Assembly (NCBI GenBank): GCA_002688175.1
Contig: NZCC01000024.1
Location: forward strand, 18,126 to 82,125
Source of the DNA: Chromatiales bacterium
Lineage (GTDB): Bacteria > Pseudomonadota > Gammaproteobacteria > Steroidobacterales > GCA-2729495
Direction of reading: 5' to 3'
DNA length: 64,000 nucleotides
Made by a program: the position numbers and the translations under genes. The number at the start of each line of letters is the position of its first letter. The first letter of the stretch is position 1. The notes beneath the pieces were generated by a model. The model worked only from the letters and a program-made list of their open reading frames with translations, ran no database searches and was not told the origin of the DNA. Of the stretch, positions 1 to 9,897 are shown in pieces.

Positions 1-167
1 CACCTGGCTCAACGACCTTATTTTCGGCTTGGCTATCGGCAGCAGTCATATTTTTGTCTATATTATTTCTGACACCCTTGGGATGGTGGGGATACTAAAC
101 GCTGCTTACAAATACTGTATGACCGGCGACCGTACAGTGATCCGAACTTTGCGAATCACCGGAATCC

Positions 168-1250
168 ATGCGACAGTCTGTGCTAGACCATGGATCAATG
201 CGAGAGAGTCGAAAAAACGTGAAAATCCTGAAAGTTGCCCTGATCTGCATCATTGCCGTCATTGCCGTCTCCGTACTCGGTATTTTTGGCTACCTGAGGT
301 TCGGTCTGCCCCCCGCGCATTTCGCCGGGCAGTGTGAAAGCCTGGACCTGAACGAGAGCGCTGAAGATATGCAGATCGACCGCGAACGCGGAATCGCCTA
401 CCTGTCACTTATTGACCGCATGGCACTGGCCAGAAAAGAACCCGTTCAGGGCTGGATCGGCCGCCTGGATCTGAGGGCCGGCACGCGCACTATTGAGCCC
501 GCCCTGATCGATCCACCGCAGCACTTCAGACCGCACGGGCTCAGCCTGCACATCGATACAAACGGTCAACGCAGCATGGTCGTCATCAATCATCCGCTGG
601 AACGCGGTATCGAAGCCGAGCATGTTGAGCTATTCGTGGAGGAGCAACCGGGTCGGTTCAGACACGTACGCACTTTTACCGACGAGCTGATTACCCGACC
701 GAACGATCTTGTTGCTGTCGGGCCCGGGCAATATTACATTGCCAACGATAGCCCGCCGAACAGTGGCGAACTGACAAAGCTGATCTACGTCGACAATGAC
801 AATGCCCGAGCCGTCGCCGATGACATCAATTCGGGAGGCGGCATCAATGTTTCACAGGATGGCAATACTCTTTACGTTGCCGAAACCCAGGGCGAGGCAA
901 TCCGTGTCCTGCGCCGCAACCCGAGCGACGGATCGGTCGAAACCATAAACAGCATAGCGCTCGGCACGGCACCTGATAATATCGACGTTGCTGCAGACGG
1001 CAGCCTGTGGGTCGGTGCACACTCAAACCTGTTTGCGCTGATCATGCATTTCATTGCCGGCACCGACGCACCTTCACAAATTCTGCGTGTTGAGCTTAAT
1101 AATGCGACTGAACCGACAATCAAAGAAATTTACATGAACCGTGGGGATGAAATATCTGCCAGCAGCATCGGCCTGACCTATGGCAAACAGCTATTGATTG
1201 GCTCGATCACGGCTACCAAAATCCTGATCTGTGAGATGGACGGAGCGTAG
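168..1250 (+). CDS. Arylesterase/paraoxonase-like six-bladed beta-propeller (SMP-30/gluconolactonase/strictosidine synthase superfamily) with N-terminal membrane anchor
   Basis: Motifs SAEDM, FRPHGLS, PNDLVAV, GGGINVS, APDNIDV; hydrophobic N-terminus. True start may be ~198-220. Confidence 0.8.
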   Translation: MRQSVLDHGSMRESRKNVKILKVALICIIAVIAVSVLGIFGYLRFGLPPAHFAGQCESLDLNESAEDMQIDRERGIAYLSLIDRMALARKEPVQGWIGRLDLRAGTRTIEPALIDPPQHFRPHGLSLHIDTNGQRSMVVINHPLERGIEAEHVELFVEEQPGRFRHVRTFTDELITRPNDLVAVGPGQYYIANDSPPNSGELTKLIYVDNDNARAVADDINSGGGINVSQDGNTLYVAETQGEAIRVLRRNPSDGSVETINSIALGTAPDNIDVAADGSLWVGAHSNLFALIMHFIAGTDAPSQILRVELNNATEPTIKEIYMNRGDEISASSIGLTYGKQLLIGSITATKILICEMDGA

Positions 1251-1259
1251 CCGGCAGGT

Positions 1260-2987
1260 TTAATCGGCTTCGACAATCTTTATGGTTTGTCCCGGTTCTG
1301 CGGTTTCTATTTTCTGCACGATACCACTCGGCCATATGACCTCGATGTAATCAATCGAATCCTTCGTTCCCAATCCAAATAACAAGCGTGGATCGTTTGC
1401 CGAATTATATCCATGTGCACTGGAATGTTCGCGATATTGCACGAGATCACCGGAGACCAGCTTGACACGTGCACCGTAGCCGGAACGATTACTCTTGGTT
1501 CCGACCAATGAAACTCTCACCCAGTTATTTTCACCACCTGCATTCAAAAGCAACTGGTTTTGCTGTTCTACTCCGACCCGCTTACCCATACTGTAATAAG
1601 TGCGGTTAGTTACAAACAAATCAGGATAGCCATCATCGTTGATATCAGCCGCACCAACGCCGCTGCCAATGCCAAGGCCTTCAGCACCGGAACCGTCGGT
1701 AATATCCGTAAACGTGTTATCACCATTATTGCGGTACAACCGATTGTAAGCCGGCTCCCAGGCGATATAGAACTGCACAAATACCGGCATGCGGATGACA
1801 TCATTGATCAGCACATTTGATTCGCCGCCGTTATTGATATAAATATCCAGCAACCCATCGTTATCAAAATCCGCCATGGCGCAACCTCGCGCACCGCCCA
1901 TGTCGCCGATTCCCGAAGCCATGGTGATATCCGTAAACTTTACTTCTCCCGTTTCTGCGAAGCGGCTGATAACCAGTCGATTAGCCTGATCAGCCGTTGG
2001 CAGGAAGATATCCATATCACCGTCGTTATCGATATCGCCGATACAGGCCCCGTTTGCGTTACCCGGATTGAGCAATGCGAGTGCCTGTGGAGGCTTACGG
2101 TTCCGGGTTATATCCGTGAAAGTGCCATCGCCTTTATTCAGAAACGCGATGTTACTGTCACCCTCGTTCGTCACAAGCAGGTCCTGCCAGCCATCCTGAT
2201 TAAAATCCGTCCAGTTCGGTGAACCCTGCGCATTGGCCTTCAATACCTTGCCAAGAATCCCCGCTCCGGATTGCTCAGTAACATCCACAAAAGTTCCATC
2301 ACCTTTATTGTGGAACAACACGTTATCAACATCATATTCAGGCTGTTTGATGTAAAGGTCCAGATAACCGTCATTATCAAAGTCACCCCAGGCCACACCT
2401 GCACCGGTGCTGCCGATACCACCGGCCTGTACATCCTGTTCATTGCCGGCACGCAACAGTCCGGCCGACACGGTAATATTCTTGAAATTCGGTTCCCCCG
2501 TTTCAATCAACAGGTTCCGGTACGCTGAATGCGGCACCTTCTTTACGCCACGAGCACTCGGCGGCATATTCGCGACAAACATATCCATATCGCCGTCATT
2601 ATCGATATCGCCCCAGGATGCACCACGTGCCAGCCCGCCGCCATTATCAATGCCCCGCTCCACAGCAACGTTCGTGAACCGGCCCTGGCCAATATTTTCA
2701 AACAGGCGATTATCATGGCCCTGCATATGCGCCTCGGTCGGCACAAAAATATCCAGGTCACCATCCTGATCATAATCGACGAATGTCGGCCCGGTGCTGT
2801 TAACGGCCAGGTCTGCAAGCCCGGCCTGTTCGGCAGCATCGATAAACCGAATCGGCATCTCTGCAGCGACGGCACAACCACACACAACCGAAAAACCAAA
2901 TGCCCATATTGCTATTACGCGCATCTTTCCAACTCCAAAGGGTGTCAATTCAATACCGCAAACATGCTTGCGAACATAGTGAACCAC
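1260..2987 (-). CDS. Secreted FG-GAP repeat protein with C-terminal ASPIC/UnbV domain (CRTAC1-like)
   Basis: Repeated D-x-D-x-D-G-x-x-D motifs (DYDQDGDLD, DIDNDGDMD, DFDNDGYLD); C-terminal SNRSGYGARV...LLFGLG...VIWPSG; signal-like N-terminus. True start probably ~2924. Confidence 0.85.
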   Translation of the reverse strand: MVHYVRKHVCGIELTPFGVGKMRVIAIWAFGFSVVCGCAVAAEMPIRFIDAAEQAGLADLAVNSTGPTFVDYDQDGDLDIFVPTEAHMQGHDNRLFENIGQGRFTNVAVERGIDNGGGLARGASWGDIDNDGDMDMFVANMPPSARGVKKVPHSAYRNLLIETGEPNFKNITVSAGLLRAGNEQDVQAGGIGSTGAGVAWGDFDNDGYLDLYIKQPEYDVDNVLFHNKGDGTFVDVTEQSGAGILGKVLKANAQGSPNWTDFNQDGWQDLLVTNEGDSNIAFLNKGDGTFTDITRNRKPPQALALLNPGNANGACIGDIDNDGDMDIFLPTADQANRLVISRFAETGEVKFTDITMASGIGDMGGARGCAMADFDNDGLLDIYINNGGESNVLINDVIRMPVFVQFYIAWEPAYNRLYRNNGDNTFTDITDGSGAEGLGIGSGVGAADINDDGYPDLFVTNRTYYSMGKRVGVEQQNQLLLNAGGENNWVRVSLVGTKSNRSGYGARVKLVSGDLVQYREHSSAHGYNSANDPRLLFGLGTKDSIDYIEVIWPSGIVQKIETAEPGQTIKIVEAD

Positions 2988-3011
2988 CTGATTGTCGAGC
3001 TTTAAACAGGC

Positions 3012-3878
3012 TCAGGCAAGCAGAACGTGATCGAGGATAGCTGCTGTGAGCAACAAGCCGAGTTGCACGATCGAAGCGGCAAAAGTTCGCCAGGCTAGTG
3101 ACACACTCGGCTCAAGATACAGCCTGACACTGGCATAGACAAAGAAAGCGCCACCGGACAATGCGCCGATAAAATAAATCCAGCTCATCCCATACCAGAC
3201 AGGTAGCAACGACAACACAACAAGCACAATGGCATGAGCGAGGATAGTTCCAGTCGATAAAGCTTCACTGGCGACGACGGGGAGCATCGGCACACCGGCG
3301 GCCGCATAATCCTTCTTGCAGGCAAATGCCAATGCCCAGAAATGTGGCGGTGTCCACAGGAATAAAACCATGGCCAATATCAACGGTGCCGGTGCCAGAG
3401 TCGCTTCCGTCGCCGCCGCACCGGCCATGACGGCAAAACTGCCGGCCAAGCCGCCAATCACGATATTCATCCAAGCGCGTGTTTTGAGCCAGACTGTGTA
3501 GACGATGCCGTAGGTGAATGCACCGAGAAAAATATAGATTGCTGCAGCAACGTTCGTCGCCAATGCCGCGGCGACCAGTGATGCGATCAACAACACCGTA
3601 AGTACCGTCAGCCAATACCAATTGGCCCTGAGTTTGCCGGTCACAAATGCCCGTCCACGCGTGCGCTTCATGCGCGCATCGAGATCCCGTTCATAAAGTT
3701 GGTTAAAGGCGCCGGATACCGACGACGATACGAGCACGGCCAGGCCGAGCACGAGCACTTGCCACGAAGAAAGTTCATTCCCCGGACTCACGGCTATACC
3801 CGCCAGGGCACAGGCCATAATCAGGAACCCAAGTCGAACCTTGGCAGTCTGGTAAATCAATTTTATTGTCTGCGCCAT
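3012..3878 (-). CDS. cyoE: Protoheme IX farnesyltransferase (heme O synthase)
   Basis: NQLYERDLDARMKRTRGR, YTVWLK, LWTPPHFWALA, DYAAAGVPMLP; start set to ATG of MAQTIK at 3878. Confidence 0.93.
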   Translation of the reverse strand: MAQTIKLIYQTAKVRLGFLIMACALAGIAVSPGNELSSWQVLVLGLAVLVSSSVSGAFNQLYERDLDARMKRTRGRAFVTGKLRANWYWLTVLTVLLIASLVAAALATNVAAAIYIFLGAFTYGIVYTVWLKTRAWMNIVIGGLAGSFAVMAGAAATEATLAPAPLILAMVLFLWTPPHFWALAFACKKDYAAAGVPMLPVVASEALSTGTILAHAIVLVVLSLLPVWYGMSWIYFIGALSGGAFFVYASVRLYLEPSVSLAWRTFAASIVQLGLLLTAAILDHVLLA

Positions 3879-4084
3879 ATAGCTGGTCGGTTTCTCGCCC
3901 GATTCTTGGAATTGATGTGACAAGCTTACCCTATTCAGACCTGAAATCAGACTGTGTCTAATAAAAATCAGGCCAGAATGGGTCAAATAGACTGCTGACC
4001 ACCCCTGAAAAGCGAAAACCGGCGCAATAACGGGTGCCGATGACCGGATTTCAATCTCACAAAAAAGACACCTTACCCGAATCA

Positions 4085-4101
4085 TATAATGACTGGTTAT
4101 A
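4085..4101. promoter_or_regulatory. Candidate CysB/LysR operator TATAA-N7-TTATA upstream of cysH
   Basis: TATAATGACTGGTTATA contains the T-N11-A LysR core; the same dyad occurs at 6277-6293. Confidence 0.45.
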
Positions 4102-4188
4102 CGAGGATAACAACAACTACGTTCCCCCGGGCCAGCGAAGCCATTAACGTAGTGTCAAGGAGCAAGGTGCTGGAAGAAAGTCGTTACG

Positions 4189-4965
4189 ATGTCATCAAAT
4201 AGTGTAAAGAAAATCGATCTGCCGATCTTCGGCGCTATTGATGCATTTGACGAACATGAATCTCGCCAGCGTGCACTTGACCACTGCAACGAGATCATGT
4301 CGAGCAAACCTGCACAAGACCGGATCACATGGGCCGCCCAACACCTGCCCTCAAATCCAGTCCTGTCCTCAAGCTTCGGTGTACAGGCAGCGGTATCACT
4401 TCACCTTGTGACCCAACAGTTGGCGAATATACCGGTCATTTTTATCGATACCGGCTACCAGTTCCCGGAAACCTATCAATTTGTCGACGAACTGACCGAA
4501 CGACTCGATCTGAATCTCAAGATTTACAGTAGCAAAACCAGCCCAGCCTGGCAGGAAGCCCGCTTCGGACAACGCTGGAACCAGGGCCTTAAAGGCCTGG
4601 AAACCTATAACCAGGAAAACAAGGTTGAGCCCATGCAACGCGCGCTGCGTGAACTCAAAGTGGGTACCTGGTATGCAGGTTTACGCCGGGACCAGACCAG
4701 TAGCCGGATGAACACCCCGTACCTGAGCTGGTCGGGTGATCGCTGGAAGGTACATCCGATTGCGGACTGGACCGATCGGGATGTTTACAATTACCTGAAC
4801 AAGCACGACCTGCCGTATCACCCGCTCTGGGAACAGGGCTATGTATCGGTCGGTGACATGCATACAACCAAACCGCTGCATGCAGTCGATCACCGTGACC
4901 AGACACGCTTTTTCGGCCTGAAACGAGAGTGCGGTCTGCACGAAATAGACCTCTCGTCTCTGTAA
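4189..4965 (+). CDS. cysH: Phosphoadenosine phosphosulfate (PAPS) reductase
   Basis: SSSFG, FIDTGY, GLRRDQ, YHPLWEQGYVSVGD, C-terminal RECGLH; no CC/CxxC Fe-S ligands, so PAPS type. Confidence 0.95.
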   Translation: MSSNSVKKIDLPIFGAIDAFDEHESRQRALDHCNEIMSSKPAQDRITWAAQHLPSNPVLSSSFGVQAAVSLHLVTQQLANIPVIFIDTGYQFPETYQFVDELTERLDLNLKIYSSKTSPAWQEARFGQRWNQGLKGLETYNQENKVEPMQRALRELKVGTWYAGLRRDQTSSRMNTPYLSWSGDRWKVHPIADWTDRDVYNYLNKHDLPYHPLWEQGYVSVGDMHTTKPLHAVDHRDQTRFFGLKRECGLHEIDLSSL

Positions 4966-5048
4966 GAAAGCTTCCCACCTTTGGGAGCGACTTTGTCACG
5001 GTTCCTGGTGTTTCCCCGCTATTTCTCCGGGTCTTTCCCTGGGCGGTA

Positions 5049-5122
5049 TTTTTCCGTCAGTTATTCTTCCGAAACGCCGCAGGAGCGGCTTTAAGGTTTC
5101 GGAAGAATAACTGACGGAAAAA
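5049..5122. repeat. Perfect 27-bp inverted repeat between convergent cysH and cysB (probable bidirectional terminator or palindromic element)
   Basis: TTTTTCCGTCAGTTATTCTTCCGAAAC (5049-5075) pairs with GTTTCGGAAGAATAACTGACGGAAAAA (5096-5122); the 20-nt spacer holds an inner GCCGC-AGGA-GCGGC hairpin. Confidence 0.85.
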
Positions 5123-5173
5123 GACCCGAAACCAGAGAATCGCACCCTAACCCACTACCAAGAAAAAAGTAGC

Positions 5174-6181
5174 TCAACCATCTTCATGCCCACACCCACC
5201 ACGCGTCGGCAACGTAATATCCGTAAACAACGCATCGATCTCCCCCTGACTCTCAAGCGCCGCAGCCTCCCTCGTCAGTTCCGGCGTCAGATGCGGTGCA
5301 AACAACGAGATAAAATCAATCATGTAACCACGTAAAACCGAGTCACGCCGAAACCCGAGCCATGTCGTACATTGCGGGAACAAATCTTCGGCCGACAGGG
5401 CGACAAAATTCTCCTTGTCATCGCACTCATAGGCCAGGCCGGCAACGATGCCGACACCAATACCCATACGTACATACGTCTTGATGATATCGGCATCGCG
5501 GGCCGTGAAAACGACATCCGGCTCGAGTCTCTGTTCAGCAAAGGCATTCTTGAAAGATGATTCACCGGTCAGGCTGAAAACATAGGTCACCAGCGGATAG
5601 TTTGCCAGCATCGATAAATTGAGTGGCCCATCCATTTTGGCCAGATCATGATTCTTCGGCACCAGCACGATTCGATCCCAGTGAAAACCCGGCAACAGAA
5701 CCAACTCTGGAAACAGATTCCGTGAACTGGTTGCAATCGCGAAATCAACGACATTGTTGGCGACGAGTTCAGCAATCTGCTCTGAAGTACCCTGGTGTAA
5801 TTCAAGGTTCACCTTTGGATAGCGTTCGCGAAAAACTTTGATAATTTCCGGTAACACATAACGCGCCTGTGTGTGCGTCGTCGCGATCGACAACGTGCCC
5901 TCTTCTTCACCGGACAAGTCGCTGGCCAGGCTGCGAATATTCTGCACCTCACTCATGATCTTGCGTGCCCGTGCAATCACATCGCGGCCTGCCGGAGTAA
6001 TCGCGACCAGACTCTTGCCCTTACGCGTAAACAACTGCACCTTGAGTTCCTGCTCCAGCAATTTCAATTGTTTGCTGATACCTGGCTGGCTCGTATACAG
6101 GCGCTCAGATGCCGCAGTGATATTTAATCCACTGTCGGCAATTGCCAGCAGGTAGCGAAGTTGTTGCAGGGTCATATTCAA
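5174..6181 (-). CDS. cysB: LysR-family cys regulon activator
   Basis: LQQLRYL, LYTSQPGISKQ, IATTHTQARY, VFTARDADIIKTYV. Confidence 0.95.
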   Translation of the reverse strand: MNMTLQQLRYLLAIADSGLNITAASERLYTSQPGISKQLKLLEQELKVQLFTRKGKSLVAITPAGRDVIARARKIMSEVQNIRSLASDLSGEEEGTLSIATTHTQARYVLPEIIKVFRERYPKVNLELHQGTSEQIAELVANNVVDFAIATSSRNLFPELVLLPGFHWDRIVLVPKNHDLAKMDGPLNLSMLANYPLVTYVFSLTGESSFKNAFAEQRLEPDVVFTARDADIIKTYVRMGIGVGIVAGLAYECDDKENFVALSAEDLFPQCTTWLGFRRDSVLRGYMIDFISLFAPHLTPELTREAAALESQGEIDALFTDITLPTRGGCGHEDG

Positions 6182-6233
6182 GTCTCCCCAAACGGGAATC
6201 GGGCCAGTGGCCGTCAGTTCGAGTCATTCAACC

Positions 6234-6316
6234 ATATAACTATAAGTTAGTTCAAACGATTAAATACCAAAATACTTATAATATATAGTTATATTATAAG
6301 AAAATAATATTATTTT
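6234..6316. promoter_or_regulatory. AT-rich divergent cysB/cysG control region with multiple dyads
   Basis: TATAA-N7-TTATA at 6277-6293; CTTATAATATA-4-TATATTATAAG at 6275-6300; palindrome AAAATAATATTATTTT at 6301-6316; ATATAACTATA (6234) is the inverse of TATAGTTATAT (6284). Confidence 0.6.
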
Positions 6317-6371
6317 TTAAGGACTTGCAAAGAGGATAAGGTACTAGCCCATTCCTGCGAAGTTCCTGCAT

Positions 6372-7859
6372 ATGCGCCATTTGCCACTATTTGCCACTTT
6401 ACACAGGCAACCCTGCTTACTCGTCGGTGGTGGCGATATCGCTGCTCGCAAGGCGCGCCAGTTTCTGGCGGCCGGCGCCGCCGTAACGGTTGTAGCCCCG
6501 AAACTCGGAGCTGAATTGCTGGACGCCGTGGCTGCCGGGCGCCTGAATCACGACCGGCGACCCTTTGCACCTGAACTGATCGGCGATAACCTGCTGATCA
6601 TCGCTGCAACCTCCAACCGTACCGTTAATCAACAGGTTGCCGCAGCCGCAGCCGCAGCGCGACGCCTGTGCAATGTTGTCGATGACCCGGAACTGTCAAG
6701 TTTCATCATGCCCGCAGTTGTCGATCGCTCACCACTGCTTATTGCAATCAGCACCAGCGGTACTGCACCGGTGCTGGCACGACTGTTACGACAACGAATC
6801 GAAGACTGGCTGCCGGCACGAATCGGCAAACTGGCCCGCTGGACCGGGCAATGGCGCACCACCGTCAAACGCCGACTCAATAGCCCAATTGCCCGGCTGC
6901 GGTTTTGGGAGCAGATACTCGACGGACCTGTGGCTGATGCCGTTCTGAACGGTCACATCGAACACGCAAACCAGGTACTCGACCGCAAATTGAATGACTC
7001 TGAGATTGACCCCGGATCCGACCCGTTACAGGGTGAGGCCTGGCTGGTAGGGGCCGGACCGGGTAACCCGGGATTAATCACCCGGCGCGGAACCGAATTA
7101 TTACGCCGTGCAGATATCGTACTCCACGACCGACTCGTTTCAGCCGAAATACTTGCACTGGCCAGGCGCGACGCACAATTCATACCGGTAGGAAAGTCAC
7201 CGCACGGGCCGTCGACGAGCCAGCAAGATATCAATGAACTGCTCGTGCGTCTCGTCCGCAACGGGCATCGTGTCTGTCGGCTCAAAGGTGGCGATCCGTT
7301 CATCTTCGGCCGCGGCGGTGAAGAAATCGGGGCGCTGACCGCAGCCGGACTGCCGGTTGAGGTTGTACCGGGCATTACGGCAGCTGCGGGCTGTGCGGCC
7401 GCTGCATCGATTCCACTCACCTATCGGGGTGTATCAAGCGCCGTGACATTCGTAACCGGTCACGGTGGCTCCGAGGGCACCTCTGATAGTGAAACCGACT
7501 GGCCGGCGCTGGCGGCGAGCCGCCAGACGCTTGCAATTTATATGAGTGTCGCCCGGCTCGAGCATATTTGTACGCAACTGATCAAACATGGACGTACAGC
7601 CGACACGCCGGTGGCCATCATCGAAAATGGCACCCGTAACAACCAGCGCATCATCAATGGCACACTGGAAACTATCCCTGTACATGCTGTTCAATATTCA
7701 ATTGCGTCACCAGCCATGCTGATTGTCGGTGACGTCGTCGCATTGACTGGTACACTGCGCTGGAGCGATGAAGAAACGGGGTCGGCAGAACCACAATTAT
7801 GGGCTACAACAAAAACTAATTTGCCACATCCCGGGCTCAATGTTGCGGATCAACCCTGA
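6372..7859 (+). CDS. cysG: Siroheme synthase (precorrin-2 dehydrogenase/ferrochelatase fused to uroporphyrinogen-III methyltransferase)
   Basis: LLVGGGDIA, CNVVDDPE, AISTSGTAPVL, LVGAGPG, RLKGGDPFIFGRGGEE, VVPGITAA. Confidence 0.95.
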   Translation: MRHLPLFATLHRQPCLLVGGGDIAARKARQFLAAGAAVTVVAPKLGAELLDAVAAGRLNHDRRPFAPELIGDNLLIIAATSNRTVNQQVAAAAAAARRLCNVVDDPELSSFIMPAVVDRSPLLIAISTSGTAPVLARLLRQRIEDWLPARIGKLARWTGQWRTTVKRRLNSPIARLRFWEQILDGPVADAVLNGHIEHANQVLDRKLNDSEIDPGSDPLQGEAWLVGAGPGNPGLITRRGTELLRRADIVLHDRLVSAEILALARRDAQFIPVGKSPHGPSTSQQDINELLVRLVRNGHRVCRLKGGDPFIFGRGGEEIGALTAAGLPVEVVPGITAAAGCAAAASIPLTYRGVSSAVTFVTGHGGSEGTSDSETDWPALAASRQTLAIYMSVARLEHICTQLIKHGRTADTPVAIIENGTRNNQRIINGTLETIPVHAVQYSIASPAMLIVGDVVALTGTLRWSDEETGSAEPQLWATTKTNLPHPGLNVADQP

Positions 7860-7903
7860 TATCTGATCCCATTTTTTACATACTCCGTTACAGGGAGCAG
7901 GAA

Positions 7904-8860
7904 ATGATTTACGAAAGTATTGTACAAACAATCGGCAACACACCGATCGTGCGGTTGAATAAAATCGCACCCGAACATATTGATATGTTCGTGAAAATAG
8001 AATCTTTCAATCCTATCGGGTCAATCAAGGACCGGCTCGCATGGGCTATTATCAAAGACGCTGAAAACAGCGGAGCCTTGCAACCCGGCCAGACCGTTGT
8101 AGAAGCCACCTCGGGTAATACCGGTATCGCCCTGGCCATGGTCTGCGCAGCTCGCGGTTACCCGTTTGTGGCAACCTTGGCCGATTCATTCTCGGTTGAA
8201 CGCCGCCAGATCATGCGTGCACTGGGTGCCAAGGTCATCCTGACACCGGCCGCAGAGGGCGGCACGGGCATGGTGCGCCGTGCAGAGGAACTCGCTGAGC
8301 AACACGGCTGGTTCCTTGCTCGCCAGTTTGAGAACCCGGCGAATCCCGATTATCACCGCCAGACAACCGGCCCTGAAATCCTGCGCGATTTTGCCGATCG
8401 GCGTCTGGACTTCTGGGTCACAGGCTGGGGTACAGGCGGCACACTCACCGGCGTCGGTGAAGTCATCAAAGCTGCACGCCCGCAAACAACAATTGTTGCG
8501 ACAGAACCAACCGGTGCGTCAATGCTTGGCGGACAAGACTGGCAGCCGCACAAAATTCAGGGCTGGACACCTAACTTTCTGCCCGACGTCTTGAATCGAG
8601 AAATCTTCGACAAACTGGTGCCGGTCACCGATGAAGATGCAAAGATCAATGCACTACGATTGGCTGAGGAAGAAGGTATCTTCGTCGGCATCTCTTCTGG
8701 TGCAACACTGACAGCCGGGTTGAAAATTGCCGAGCACGCCGAGCCCGGCACCACAATCCTTGTCATGCTACCGGATACCGGTGAGCGCTACCTGAGCAGT
8801 TATTTGTTCGATGGACTCGTCGAGGGCTCGGACGACGAGTGGATTGCATCACTGGAGTAA
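7904..8860 (+). CDS. cysK: Cysteine synthase (O-acetylserine thiol-lyase)
   Basis: IGNTPIV, NPIGSIKDR (PLP lysine), EATSGNTG, GTGGT, PHKIQG, PDTGERYLS. Confidence 0.93.
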   Translation: MIYESIVQTIGNTPIVRLNKIAPEHIDMFVKIESFNPIGSIKDRLAWAIIKDAENSGALQPGQTVVEATSGNTGIALAMVCAARGYPFVATLADSFSVERRQIMRALGAKVILTPAAEGGTGMVRRAEELAEQHGWFLARQFENPANPDYHRQTTGPEILRDFADRRLDFWVTGWGTGGTLTGVGEVIKAARPQTTIVATEPTGASMLGGQDWQPHKIQGWTPNFLPDVLNREIFDKLVPVTDEDAKINALRLAEEEGIFVGISSGATLTAGLKIAEHAEPGTTILVMLPDTGERYLSSYLFDGLVEGSDDEWIASLE

Positions 8861-8885
8861 CACCGTCAACCAACTCAGCACCAAG

Positions 8886-9836
8886 ATGAACGGTTCATCA
8901 CTGATTGAGCGCCTGCTGGTGACCCACCGTCTCAAATCACCAGACGACGGTATGCCCCGATCTGAAATGAGTGACAAATCCGCACCGATGCGAGCATTAC
9001 GGCTCGATACCTGCCTGCGGGAAGTCACGATTGAACTGCTGCCAGCTGCCGATTCGTCAACGCAGGCAATCAGTGACCCGGAAAGCCTGAATGGCATCGA
9101 TGCGTACCGGCTGCTACTGGAAATCACCACCGGACTACGGAGTAAAATCCCGGGTGAAACAAATGTATTCGGCCAGTTTCGCAGAGCATGGCAGACATTT
9201 CTGAACCAGGGTCATCCGACTACGACTGCCGGCCTGACGCCACTCATACATCGCCTGTGCAATGACACAAAAACTGTGCGCAACAACTGGCTCAAAGATA
9301 TCGGCGGCTCGTCTTACGGTAGCCTCGTACGCAGACTCATAAAACCATGCCGACAGGACAGGGTTTTGTTTGTTGGCAACGGTGAACTGATGGCGTCAAT
9401 GTTGCCCTTGTTTGAGAAATTTCAGCTCGGTGTCTGGAACCACCATGCCATCAAGCAGGCACCCGTCACAGTCGATGCTGTGTTCCAGCCTGAACAGGGC
9501 AGCCGGGCTGCGTCCTGGGCTGATCATGTGATTCTGACGACACCATGCGATCAACTGAATGATCAGCGCTGGCGAGTTTGGCTGAGCCACACCCAACCAA
9601 GCACTATCGTCCATCTTGGCCACCGCCACAGCACTCGATTTGACTGGGAAGCCGACATCACAGCCTTTAACCTGGATGATGTTTTCTTGCTGCATCAGCA
9701 GCAAAAGGCCATCCGTTCGGACAAACTCGATAAAGCGCACAGAGCCTGCGCAAACCTGACCAATCTACTTGGTAGCGAAGCAGATATTTACCGTCGACAG
9801 TCCAGGCTATATTCTGCAGGTCTTGTCACAGCCTGA
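8886..9836 (+). CDS. hemA: Short, divergent glutamyl-tRNA reductase-like protein
   Basis: DTCLRE resembles the catalytic TCNR; GLRSKIPGETNVFGQ resembles GLDSxxxGExQILGQ; VGNGEL resembles the NADPH-binding GAGEM; adjacent to hemB. Start uncertain (8886 or 8952). Confidence 0.7.
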   Translation: MNGSSLIERLLVTHRLKSPDDGMPRSEMSDKSAPMRALRLDTCLREVTIELLPAADSSTQAISDPESLNGIDAYRLLLEITTGLRSKIPGETNVFGQFRRAWQTFLNQGHPTTTAGLTPLIHRLCNDTKTVRNNWLKDIGGSSYGSLVRRLIKPCRQDRVLFVGNGELMASMLPLFEKFQLGVWNHHAIKQAPVTVDAVFQPEQGSRAASWADHVILTTPCDQLNDQRWRVWLSHTQPSTIVHLGHRHSTRFDWEADITAFNLDDVFLLHQQQKAIRSDKLDKAHRACANLTNLLGSEADIYRRQSRLYSAGLVTA

Positions 9837-9897
9837 CACCGTGAATACCTGATGCTGTGAATACAATCACTTATTCATTGCAGCGTAACTATTTGTC

